From Dehalococcoidia bacterium (lineage in GTDB: Bacteria > Chloroflexota > Dehalococcoidia > Dehalococcoidales > BS750m-G39): a DNA stretch of 64,000 nucleotides. The notes under the pieces are model-generated. The model searched no databases. It was not told where the DNA came from and was given only the letters and a program-made list of their open reading frames with translations. A program made the position numbers and the translations under genes. The DNA lies in contig JASFHK010000005.1 of NCBI GenBank assembly GCA_050123275.1, positions 9,887 to 73,886 of the forward strand, read 5' to 3'. Position 1 is the first letter of the stretch, and each line of letters opens with the position of its first letter. Of this stretch, positions 45,176 through 53,665 are shown in pieces.

Positions 45176-45330
45176 GGTGGTGGGGAAAAGGTACAAAGGA
45201 CGAGGACTGGGGAGGGGTAAAGTGGTGAGCCGCGGAGGACTCGCATCCTCGGAGGCGTGGCGGGAAAAGGTGGCAGAGGACGAGGACTGGGGAGGGGTAG
45301 GGTGGTGAGCCGCGGAGGACTCGAACCTCC
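45176..45330. repeat. Tandem ~80-nt duplication comprising the tRNA-Lys 3' end (including CCA) plus ~50 nt of its downstream flank
   Basis: Unit 1 (about 45183-45252) and unit 2 (about 45262-45330) share GGGAAAAGGT...GGACGAGGACTGGGGAGGGGTA..GTGGTGAGCCGCGGAGGACTCG. Unit 2 runs into the functional tRNA. Unit 1 carries the diverged tail GCATCCTCGG, which is also present at 34496-34523. Confidence 0.7.
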
Positions 45331-45378
45331 AACCGGCTGATTAAGAGTCAGCTGCTCTGCCAGTTGAGCTAGCGGCCC
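45303..45378 (-). tRNA. tRNA-Lys (anticodon CTT), CCA encoded
   Basis: I folded the cloverleaf by hand. Acceptor stem: GGGCCGC/GCGGCTC. D arm: GCTC-AACTGGCA-GAGC. Anticodon arm: GCTGA-CTCTTAA-TCAGC. T arm: GGAGG-TTCGAGT-CCTCC. Discriminator A plus CCA follow, for 76 nt in total. Confidence 0.95.
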
Positions 45379-45471
45379 AAGCGTGTTCCAGTCTGCCTAC
45401 TATTTTAGGGGGTACGGCCGTTTTTGGCAAGTGCGGGCCGTGGCTGGAGCGCGAGTTACAACTAACGGGTC

Positions 45472-45512
45472 AGGAAAAAGAAGAGCCGTCTGGGTTTTGT
45501 CCCAGACGGCTC
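45472..45512 (-). terminator. Intrinsic terminator after the giant surface-protein gene (potentially bidirectional)
   Basis: A 12-bp stem GAGCCGTCTGGG / CCCAGACGGCTC with a 6-nt loop is followed by TTCTTTTTCC on the minus strand. There is also a T-run on the plus side. Confidence 0.7.
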
Positions 45513-45545
45513 CTTGGTTTTAACTTTTAGCCGTTAAAGGTCGGC

Positions 45546-48500
45546 TTAGCCTCTACTCCTTCGGTAGCGCAGTGCCGTGAAGCCCAATCCGATGACCACG
45601 ATGGCGATGATGACGTAGAGCCACCAGAGGCTACCCGACTTCACGGTGAAGACACCGGTCAGTCCGGCCACGGAGGCTTCGTAGGTGCCGGTGGTATCGG
45701 CGCTCACGGCGAAGCTAACCGGTTGGCTCTGGCCGCCGCTAAGCGTCACGACCTTGCTATCGACCACGTCGCCGTTAATCTGAAGCTCGGCGGTATAGGT
45801 GCCGGACTCTTCGCCGTCGTTAGCCACGTTGAGGCTGATGGTGACGGTCTCTCCCGTCGAAGCCTCGGAAGGCGAGATGTTCAGGCTGCTGGCCGTGAAA
45901 TTGGCCGGTGCCGGAGGTGTGGCCGGAGGTTCGGGAGTAGGTTCGGCCTCGGGCATGGTAGCCAGTACCACGAACGGGGAGGCGAAGTATTCGGCTACGC
46001 CGGTGGCGACACCGACTTCAGCAACACGGCCCGGGTCGGGCGGTAGTATCACCCAGTGACCCTCGGCGTGGCTGTAGAAGGCGATAACCGGGTCGGTAGC
46101 GCCTATCGGTAACAGTGCCGGGTCGTAGTGGAGCAGCACCGAAGCCGTCGGGTTGAAGTAGGTGACCAGCTGGCATTCCAGTTGCTGCATTCTATCCTTG
46201 TAGCCGGTGAAGTCGTAGATGGGGCCGACTAAGGTCATGCCCTCGGGCGGGTCGAGATTCTCTTCGGAGAGGCTCATGACGATGATCTTCGGGTAGCAGT
46301 CGCAGCCTTCGCAGTCGCCGCAGAGCACTACCGTATCCTCTTGCAGCTCGAGCAGGTGCAGCAGGTTCTCGTCGTAAGCCATGGCCTGTTCGAGAGTGCA
46401 GTTCTCGCAGCAGTCTATTTCGACCATCGTTCTCTCACCGAGCATGTCGATGATGAGGTAACAGCGGTCGACGTCAGGACCGCCGCCGCCGCCGCCGCCG
46501 CCACTTCTGACCAGTATGGTTACTTCGTCAGTGGCGACGCAGCCGTTGGCGTCCGTTACGGTCACGGTGTAGGTCGTGGTGACCGTGGGCGAAGCGACGG
46601 GGTTAGCCAGCGCGGCGTCGTCCAGGCTATCGGACGGCGTCCAGCTGTAGGTATAGCTTGGGGTTCCACCCGAAGCGGTGGGATCACCGCCGATTGCTGC
46701 CGAGCCGCCCAGTAAAATGACCTGGTCGGCACCGGCATCGGCTACCGGCAACGGGTAGACGGTGAAGTCGGCGGTATTTCTGCATTCGCAGCCGTTGGCG
46801 TTGGTAACGGTAACCCCGATGGTTACGTCACCGGCGGCGCCAACATCGAAGGTCATGCTATTGGTGTCAGCCCCGGAGGTAATGGTGGCGTCTCCGGAAA
46901 CGATAGTCCAGGCGTAGGTGGCGTCAACGCCGGCATCGGCTACCGAAGCGGTAATACCGGTGCTGTCGGCGCAGGTGCCTTCACCCGGCAGGGTTATTTC
47001 GCAATCGGGGCTCTCATGAACGGGAATGGTGACACTGTTCTCGCAGATGCAGCCGTTGGCGTTGGTAACCTGGATCGCGATGTTGATTTCGCCAAAGTAA
47101 TAGGCATCGGCGTCGAATGTCATGCAGTTGTCGGTCACAATGACATTGGTAATGTCACCACCATGCTTCCATTCGTAAGTAGCGCCAGTACCAGCGTCGG
47201 GCACGCAGACGAGGTGTCCGGTGCTGAGTTCGCAGACACCAGCCTCCGGTTCGAAGTTGAAGCTAAAGGTGCAGTCGGGGTTCTCGTTGATATTGACCAC
47301 CTTGGTGCAGGTGCTGGAGCAGCCGGTTGCAGGATTGGTAACCGTCACCTCAAGAGTGAGGGAAGTACCAAGGTCATAGTCACCGGCGGTAAAGCCAACC
47401 GAGCTTTGGTCGGTGGGGCCGTCAAGGGTACCGTTACCGCTAATCGACCAAGCGTAAGTGTAACCCGATACCTCTGTTACCGAGGCGGTATCACTATTGC
47501 CCTCGCATATGGCGTCGGGAGCGGTGATGTCGCAATTCGGGTTGGGGTTGACGGTGATATCGGCGCTGCTGGTGCAGAAGCATTGGGTCTGGGTGTTAGT
47601 GACCGTCACCTCGAGATGGATGTTGCCGGTGGTGGTAACGTCATCGGCATTGAAGGTTACCTCTCTGGTACCCGTGCCGGTGACGCTGTTGACATCGCCG
47701 GTAACCGTCCAGCTGTAGTCGGCGTAATTGCCGACGGGCACCGAAGCGGTGATGCCCTGTGCGCCGCCGCAGACTTCAGACGGAGCGGTGATGGTGCAGT
47801 CGGGGTTGGGCATGATGCTGACCGTCTTGGTGCACGTCTTGGGGCAGTTGTGGTCGCTGGTAACCGTCACCTCAAGAGTGAGGGAAGTGCCGCTGGCGTA
47901 GTCACCGGCTTCAAAGGTAACCGAACTGCCGGTGGTGGAGCCGACAATAGAGCCGTTACCGGCGCTAACGCTCCAGCTATAAGTGTAACCCGATCCCGGC
48001 GTTACCGAGGCGGTAGCCTGGTTGCCCTCGCATACGCTATCGGGAGCGGTGATGGTGCAATCAGGCAGCGGGTGAACGGTGACAGTAGATGTATAAGGCT
48101 CGCTGTCGCCGCAGGTGTTGGATACGACCAGTTTAACGGTGTAAGTACCGGGGGTATCGAAAGTATGTTGCGGGTCCTGTTCGGTGCTGTCGACGGTACC
48201 GTTGTTATCGAAGTCCCAGGCCCAGCCGGAGACCGAGCCGACGGGGGAGGTCGAAGTGTCGGTGAAGTCGACCGTTAGTTCCACACAGCCCTCGGTGGGG
48301 TCGGCGGTAAAGCCGGCCGTGGGGAGCTTATCCGGGTCGGGTACGCAAGCGTCGTTCTCGCACATCTCGCACTCGTCGCAGCGAGGCGTGCAGTAGGTGA
48401 TTTCAATTTCGTATTTCAGCCCGCCGGGGTTGCTTTCCACGGTGCCTGCATCCTGGCCGTCCAGGGGGCCCATGTACTCGTTGGCGCAGTCGAATTCGAA

Positions 48501-51500
48501 GTAGTTGGCGCCGGTTTGCAGCAGGCTGGTAATATTCCAGCTCTCCACGTTTTGCCAGCCGGAGCTATCGACGTAGGCCGAGGTCAGGTTACTGCTCCTC
48601 CAGGCGTCGTGTACCTGGGCGCTGCCGACGGAGGTGGAGTTGAGGGATACCTCGTAGCCGTTGTCGCAGGTGATGTGGAGGACGCCCTGGATGTTGGTGG
48701 CGTCGGCGGGTATGGTTATCGTTCTATCGAAGTAAACGACGTCACCGTCCACCGGGTGCTCGACCTCGTAGGTCGTCCAGACCCATTCGGCTTCGGTGGG
48801 GAAGGTGTAATCCAGTGAGCTGTCCCAGCCGGAGGGGTCGTAGGCGACTACGGCGTTGCCGCCGCCGACTACGCCGGTAGCTGTGTCGCTAACGTAGGTA
48901 TCGGTTACCGGGTCGTAGCAGTCGTCGCAGGAGCAATCGATTACGGTGATGTAGGCAATCTTCTCCTCGGTATCGTCACCGCAATCGTTATGAGCAATCA
49001 GGGTTACGGTGTAGGTACCGACATTGTTGTAAGTATAGGACGGGTTCTCATCAGAGCTTACGCCCGTACCATCACCGAAGTCCCAGTTCCAAGAGGTGGA
49101 GTCGGTGGAAAGGTTGGTGAATTGTACCACTAGGGGCGCGCAGCCGCTAACCGGGCTGGCGCTAAAGTTAGCTTCAGGCAGCGGGTCAATAGTAACATCC
49201 CCGGTCGCTTCGCTGGTGCAGCCGCTGTTTTCACAGTTTACGGTGTAATGGTCATCTCCGGGGGTATAGTGTATCTCCGTGGAGTCGCAGGGGGATGCGC
49301 CGCAATCACAGCCGGCGCCGGCCGTTGTAGCGGCAGCCTGTACGTCCTGCTCGGTGGCGCCCTCGCAGACGGTAATCGGCGGGGCGGTACCGATGGGCGA
49401 AGTATTGACGGTGACCGTCATGCTGTCGCTGCTGGTGCAGCCCTCATCGTCGGTTACGAGCACGGTATAGGTCGTGGTGCCGTAAGGCGCGGCGTTCGGG
49501 TTGGCCGCGGTCGGGTTGTTCAGGCCGTCGGTCGGAGTCCAGCTGTAGGTATAAGGAGGGGTGCCGTCCGAAGCGGTGGGGCTGCCACCTATCTGGACGG
49601 AATCACCCGCGCAAATTTCTTCATCGGGGCCGGCATCGGCGACCAGGTCGCAGATTACCACCTGGAACTTTTCGCAAATGGTAGCCGCGAACTCTGAAGC
49701 GTCATCGACCACTCTCACCCAGCCGGAGCTGGCGGGCGGCCAGGACTCTGGCGGATGCAGTGTGCCCGGCGTCGGCCAGACAATCGAATCTCTCAGCCAT
49801 TCGCTTTCGCCGTTGGATTCGCCGATAAACTCGGCGTCTATTTCATCCTGGTCGGTGGTCATGCCCAGTGTGCTGAGGAGGTAGTTGCGGGCAGCCACCG
49901 CGCTGGCGTTGGCATCGTCGCAGCCATCGGTAGAACAGTTAGGGCAGGCGTTTTCGACATAGGAACCGCTGTTGCAGCAGCGGTTGGGTATGCCGTCGGT
50001 TACTACGTTAATAGCCTGCTTGAGGCTGGTGCTGAAGCAGGGGGAACCGGCCAGTGTGTCGGCGGCCAGGTTGAGGCCGCAGGCCAGCGGGGTGTAGCCG
50101 GTCATCTGGGTAATGCCCTGAATCTGGCTGGCCACAGTGCCGGCGTTGGCCGCGGTGATAACCACCGGGCCGACTTCAAGCACGGCGGAAGCGTCTGACA
50201 TACCGCCGAACTGAATCACGGTCAGCTCGACCGTGCCGTCGTGCGGGACGCAGGAGCCTTCGTTTACGGCGGCGGCCAGGCCGTTAATCATGATGCTCCA
50301 GTTACCGGAAGTAATACTGGTGGAGCCGTCGAGAATCATGGCCAGCTGAATTTCCACGCCGCCGCAGGTCTCAATAAAGGTAGCGGTGACGTCTTTGTTA
50401 CCGTCCATAACGATGGTTTCGGGGTTGGTGGTGCCGCCGAGGTCGCCCGCCCAGCCGGTAAAGCTCCAGCCGGGGGCGGGGTTGGCGGTCAGTTGTATCG
50501 TGTCACCGTAGTTACAACCTTCGAAGCAGTCGCCGGGGCAATCGATGCCGGCCGGGACGCTGGTGATGGAACCGCTGCCTATAACGTTTGTCGTCAGGCT
50601 GTAGGTGACGGGGAGAAAGACAGCGGTAACCGTCAAATTATCGGTCATAATAATAGAAGTAGGATTGGTGGAGCCGGACAGGGCGCCTTCCCAGTGGTCG
50701 AAGCCCCAGCCGGGAGGGGAAAGAGCTTGCAGCTGTACCACATCATCCGGGTCGTAGACGCCGCCGGGAGGGGTAAGATTAACCGAGCCGCTGCCACTGA
50801 TAATCGTGGTCAGCGTATAGCCGGCAGCGGTGGAGTAGCAGACCTCGACCGGAACCCAGTCAAGGTTAACACTTGCCCACGACCCTCCTGATACCGCTGC
50901 AGTCAGGCGAACCTCCAGGTCGTTGACAATCTCGTCGCGGGTCCAGGTGTGCCCCCAGGTATCGGTGGAGCCACCCACGGTATAGGTAGCTTCGGAATCG
51001 GTGAAGTCTCCTGCAGTATAGCCCACTGTCGTCCAGTCGTAGCCTTCGTTCCAGGAGAGGTCGACAGTGAAACTGCCATTAGGCCAAGAACTATTGCCCC
51101 GAGCATCCAGCCTGACGGTGATGCCGTCGATGGTGGCGCCGGAGGGTATGGCGGAGAAGTCGTAGCCGTAGTAGTAGTGGGTCTGGTTGTTCTCGGCTGT
51201 CGCAGACCCGGGCCAGCCGCCGTCGGCGTAGGCACGTTCAGGGTCATCGAATGAGCCTGCATTAGCGGTGGGGCTTTGCCAGCCGATGCAATCGGAGCCG
51301 GGTCCGCCGCCGGTAACGGTAACGGCGTTGTAAAGAGTGGTTTGGTCATACCAATAACCGCCGCAACCATTATCTTCGTATGCTCGGAAATCCACGTTGT
51401 AGGTGCCGTCGGTCATGGGGGCGGTGATAGTGAAGGTTTCGCTGTAGCTGCCATCGCCGCTATGGTCGGCATGGTCCACGCAGGCGTAACCTCCGCCGCC

Positions 51501-51719
51501 GATTTGCCAACTGGTGGATCTCCAGTCGTCGTTGCCTCCGTAACCACTCGTTGTCACGTTCATGACAACGGTGATGGTGGCTCCGGGAGCCACGGTGACG
51601 CTGCTACCGCCGTCCAATGTCACCGAGTCAAAGGAACGGGCGGCTGCCGCGGGGACAGCCGTCAGGAACATAGACAGCAATATCAGGACACCAAAAATTG
51701 AAAAAAGGGTACGTTTCAT
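45546..51719 (-). CDS. Giant (2057 aa) multi-domain cell-surface protein with vWA, PKD, tandem Cys-framed Ig-like modules, a CARDB-like domain and a C-terminal TM anchor
   Basis: The ATG at 51719 follows AGGAG, and the signal peptide is MKRTLFSIFGVLILLSMFLTAVPAAAA. The vWA MIDAS motif is ILDGSTS. PKD signatures are WNWDFGDG and WAWDFDNNG. A Gly7 linker is present. The CARDB-like region is TVTISLNVANDGEESGTYTAEL. The C-terminal helix is WWLYVIIAIVVIGLGFTAL, followed by RYRRSRG. Confidence 0.85.
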   Translation of the reverse strand: MKRTLFSIFGVLILLSMFLTAVPAAAARSFDSVTLDGGSSVTVAPGATITVVMNVTTSGYGGNDDWRSTSWQIGGGGYACVDHADHSGDGSYSETFTITAPMTDGTYNVDFRAYEDNGCGGYWYDQTTLYNAVTVTGGGPGSDCIGWQSPTANAGSFDDPERAYADGGWPGSATAENNQTHYYYGYDFSAIPSGATIDGITVRLDARGNSSWPNGSFTVDLSWNEGYDWTTVGYTAGDFTDSEATYTVGGSTDTWGHTWTRDEIVNDLEVRLTAAVSGGSWASVNLDWVPVEVCYSTAAGYTLTTIISGSGSVNLTPPGGVYDPDDVVQLQALSPPGWGFDHWEGALSGSTNPTSIIMTDNLTVTAVFLPVTYSLTTNVIGSGSITSVPAGIDCPGDCFEGCNYGDTIQLTANPAPGWSFTGWAGDLGGTTNPETIVMDGNKDVTATFIETCGGVEIQLAMILDGSTSITSGNWSIMINGLAAAVNEGSCVPHDGTVELTVIQFGGMSDASAVLEVGPVVITAANAGTVASQIQGITQMTGYTPLACGLNLAADTLAGSPCFSTSLKQAINVVTDGIPNRCCNSGSYVENACPNCSTDGCDDANASAVAARNYLLSTLGMTTDQDEIDAEFIGESNGESEWLRDSIVWPTPGTLHPPESWPPASSGWVRVVDDASEFAATICEKFQVVICDLVADAGPDEEICAGDSVQIGGSPTASDGTPPYTYSWTPTDGLNNPTAANPNAAPYGTTTYTVLVTDDEGCTSSDSMTVTVNTSPIGTAPPITVCEGATEQDVQAAATTAGAGCDCGASPCDSTEIHYTPGDDHYTVNCENSGCTSEATGDVTIDPLPEANFSASPVSGCAPLVVQFTNLSTDSTSWNWDFGDGTGVSSDENPSYTYNNVGTYTVTLIAHNDCGDDTEEKIAYITVIDCSCDDCYDPVTDTYVSDTATGVVGGGNAVVAYDPSGWDSSLDYTFPTEAEWVWTTYEVEHPVDGDVVYFDRTITIPADATNIQGVLHITCDNGYEVSLNSTSVGSAQVHDAWRSSNLTSAYVDSSGWQNVESWNITSLLQTGANYFEFDCANEYMGPLDGQDAGTVESNPGGLKYEIEITYCTPRCDECEMCENDACVPDPDKLPTAGFTADPTEGCVELTVDFTDTSTSPVGSVSGWAWDFDNNGTVDSTEQDPQHTFDTPGTYTVKLVVSNTCGDSEPYTSTVTVHPLPDCTITAPDSVCEGNQATASVTPGSGYTYSWSVSAGNGSIVGSTTGSSVTFEAGDYASGTSLTLEVTVTSDHNCPKTCTKTVSIMPNPDCTITAPSEVCGGAQGITASVPVGNYADYSWTVTGDVNSVTGTGTREVTFNADDVTTTGNIHLEVTVTNTQTQCFCTSSADITVNPNPNCDITAPDAICEGNSDTASVTEVSGYTYAWSISGNGTLDGPTDQSSVGFTAGDYDLGTSLTLEVTVTNPATGCSSTCTKVVNINENPDCTFSFNFEPEAGVCELSTGHLVCVPDAGTGATYEWKHGGDITNVIVTDNCMTFDADAYYFGEINIAIQVTNANGCICENSVTIPVHESPDCEITLPGEGTCADSTGITASVADAGVDATYAWTIVSGDATITSGADTNSMTFDVGAAGDVTIGVTVTNANGCECRNTADFTVYPLPVADAGADQVILLGGSAAIGGDPTASGGTPSYTYSWTPSDSLDDAALANPVASPTVTTTYTVTVTDANGCVATDEVTILVRSGGGGGGGGPDVDRCYLIIDMLGERTMVEIDCCENCTLEQAMAYDENLLHLLELQEDTVVLCGDCEGCDCYPKIIVMSLSEENLDPPEGMTLVGPIYDFTGYKDRMQQLECQLVTYFNPTASVLLHYDPALLPIGATDPVIAFYSHAEGHWVILPPDPGRVAEVGVATGVAEYFASPFVVLATMPEAEPTPEPPATPPAPANFTASSLNISPSEASTGETVTISLNVANDGEESGTYTAELQINGDVVDSKVVTLSGGQSQPVSFAVSADTTGTYEASVAGLTGVFTVKSGSLWWLYVIIAIVVIGLGFTALRYRRSRG
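46750..48065 (-). repeat. Five tandem ~88-aa Cys-framed modules inside the giant gene (divergent at the DNA level)
   Basis: The modules begin CTITAPDSVCEGN, CTITAPSEVCGGA, CDITAPDAICEGN, CTFSFNFEPEAGVCE and CEITLPGEGTCAD. Each ends ...V.V...P(D/N). The boundaries are approximate. Confidence 0.6.
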
Positions 51720-52064
51720 GTTCGTTCTCCTAACATGTGAGTGGTCGGTTTTGTGCGTGTAGTACTTTTGGTATTCAACTAGAACCATAGTACCCCACCC
51801 ACCAGTTTAATGTCAAGAGTACTAAAACTGTATTAAAGCCACATTACCCACCGTTTTCTGACGCCATCAGGCATATAAAGTACCAGTACTATAGGGATAT
51901 TTTTGCCACCGGGCATCCCACTGCCGTAATGCCCCTTCCGTCACCCTACCGGAGTAAGCCCTACCAGAGTCATCCTACTAAATACCCCTCCAATCTACGA
52001 CTATCTCGCTATTCTTCGCCAGGCACGCCTGTGGGAAAATTTAAGTGTGATGAGGATAGGTGTG

Positions 52065-53117
52065 ATGAAGATACTACGGATAATAATACCGGGACTGGTA
52101 ATCATCGTCGTACTGGCGATTATGGCCAGTATCGCGGGCCAGGACGACGCTGTGGCCGCCCGCCTGAAGGTGATAGCCCCGGCAGAGACCGAAGCCGACA
52201 CCGTTACCGCTGTCACCGCCGAAGAGACAGATGGCAACGCCGCTATGGTGGTACCGGTTGTCGAGAATTTAGCCCTCAACGACAGCTACGCCGATATGCA
52301 ATGGGCTTTGAACTACATTAATATAGCCTCCCTGTGGCAGACGGACGGGGGCGGCGGGGTGATTGTGGCCGTGCTGGACACGGGTGTGGACAGCGACCAC
52401 GAGGACCTTAGCGGCCAGGTGGTCGGCGCGGTCAACTTTAGCGCCAGCGACGGCACCGAGGATATTCACGGCCACGGCACCCATATCGCCGGCATTATCG
52501 CCGCCAACAGCGACAACGGGCAGGGCGTGGCCGGCATCGCGCCGGGCAGCCGCCTGCTCAACGTCAAGGTCGCCGACGACAACGGCTATTGCCAGTCATC
52601 GGCGGTAGCCGAGGGTATTATCTGGGCGGTGGACAACGGCGCGCTGGTTATCAACCTCAGCCTGGAGCTGAAAGAGCCGACGCCGGAACTGGAAGCGGCT
52701 GTCGATTACGCCTGGAGCCGGGGGGCGATAGTTATCGCCGCCGCCGGTAACGAAGGCACCCAGACGCCGGTATACCCCGCCCTTTACGAGAATGTTATCG
52801 CCGTGGCGGCCACCAGCCAGAACGACACGCTGGCCCCGCTTTCCAACTACGGCCAGTGGGTTAATATCGCCGCCCCGGGTAACGAGATATACTCGACATT
52901 GCCCGGCGACAAATACGGTTTCAAGACGGGCACTTCCTTCGCCACCGCCCATGTCAGCGGTCTGGCGGCTATTCTCTTTAACACGGTGAGCGACAGCAAC
53001 GGCGACGGCCGCCTCAACGACGAGGTCAGGGCGGCGCTGGAAACGGGCTGCCAGCAGGTCGGCGGTGTGGTGGAGTGGGGCCGGGTTGACGCCGCCCTGC
53101 TCGCCCTGAATGTTTAG
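52065..53117 (+). CDS. Subtilisin-like serine protease (peptidase S8) with N-terminal signal/anchor
   Basis: The catalytic triad contexts are VAVLDTGVD, HGTHIAGIIA and GTSFATAHVSG. I prefer the ATG at 52065, 8 nt after GAGGA. The tracked GTG at 52047 is also possible. Confidence 0.9.
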   Translation: MKILRIIIPGLVIIVVLAIMASIAGQDDAVAARLKVIAPAETEADTVTAVTAEETDGNAAMVVPVVENLALNDSYADMQWALNYINIASLWQTDGGGGVIVAVLDTGVDSDHEDLSGQVVGAVNFSASDGTEDIHGHGTHIAGIIAANSDNGQGVAGIAPGSRLLNVKVADDNGYCQSSAVAEGIIWAVDNGALVINLSLELKEPTPELEAAVDYAWSRGAIVIAAAGNEGTQTPVYPALYENVIAVAATSQNDTLAPLSNYGQWVNIAAPGNEIYSTLPGDKYGFKTGTSFATAHVSGLAAILFNTVSDSNGDGRLNDEVRAALETGCQQVGGVVEWGRVDAALLALNV

Positions 53118-53175
53118 CCGACCCAATTTAACTTAGGGTTACACTCCGTTTCAGGCAGCGGGGTTAACCAATTTA

Positions 53176-53219
53176 GAGTACCGGAGTTTGAACCTTACCA
53201 TCTCCGGTGCTCTTTTTTT
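53176..53219 (+). terminator. Intrinsic terminator after the S8 protease gene
   Basis: An 11-bp stem GAGTACCGGAG / CTCCGGTGCTC (with one G-U pair) and a 15-nt loop are followed by T7. Confidence 0.7.
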
Positions 53220-53360
53220 ACCGCCTTTTTCCCTGCCTGCGGGGTAGTTAAAGTAAGCTAAAGTTATCTTGACACCAACCTTTCCGACTAATTATGATGA
53301 TGAAGATTATCCCCGGGTGGTGTGGCGGGGGTGGGTTTTTACCAATTTCGAGGTGGGTTG

Positions 53361-53660
53361 ATGCCAGCAGCCTTGTTCGTAACGCTCAACGTGGTTGATG
53401 CTTTTTTGACTAAAACCGCGCTCCAGTCGGGAGCGATGGAATACAATCCGATAATGTCCAATGTGGGCAGCAGCATGCTCGCCAAGGGCGTTATCGCTTT
53501 ATCCCTCGCCTTTCTGCTCTACTACTTCCGGCAGCGGAGGGCGCTCTGGTTTCTCAACATCGGCCTCCTCTGCGTCGTCCTCTGGAACATGTGCACCTGC
53601 TTCATCATGGAAGGGGCTTCGCCTAACTCCGCCGTGGCCCTCTTTGCCCTCTTCGGCTAA
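53361..53660 (+). CDS. Small membrane protein, DUF5658-like
   Basis: I chose the ATG at 53361 as the start. The protein has LNVVDAFLTKTALQSGAMEYNPIM followed by hydrophobic helices. The family call is from memory. Confidence 0.45.
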   Translation: MPAALFVTLNVVDAFLTKTALQSGAMEYNPIMSNVGSSMLAKGVIALSLAFLLYYFRQRRALWFLNIGLLCVVLWNMCTCFIMEGASPNSAVALFALFG

Positions 53661-53665
53661 AAGCC

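Larger units (their letters stand above)
34496..45252. mobile_element. Putative tRNA-Lys-associated genomic island (~10.7 kb) carrying marR, the archaellum operon and surface-protein genes; no integrase
   Basis: The segment is bounded by 28-nt direct repeats derived from the adjacent tRNA-Lys 3' end. A duplicated terminator module lies at 34434-34490 and 44312-44368. The cargo is of archaeal type in an otherwise bacterial context. Confidence 0.5.

Noticed and set aside
34496-45252. I considered calling the island a prophage, ICE or transposon.
   Set aside because: The segment contains no integrase, excisionase, transposase, conjugation or phage structural genes and no terminal inverted repeats. 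Only the tRNA-derived direct repeats support mobility.
51761-51890. Three AGTACT hexamers, plus extra GTAC cores, lie in the divergent region between the giant gene and the S8 protease and could be a regulator site.
   Set aside because: The region is AT-rich, the motifs are short with irregular spacing (57 and 67 nt), and no larger palindrome surrounds them.
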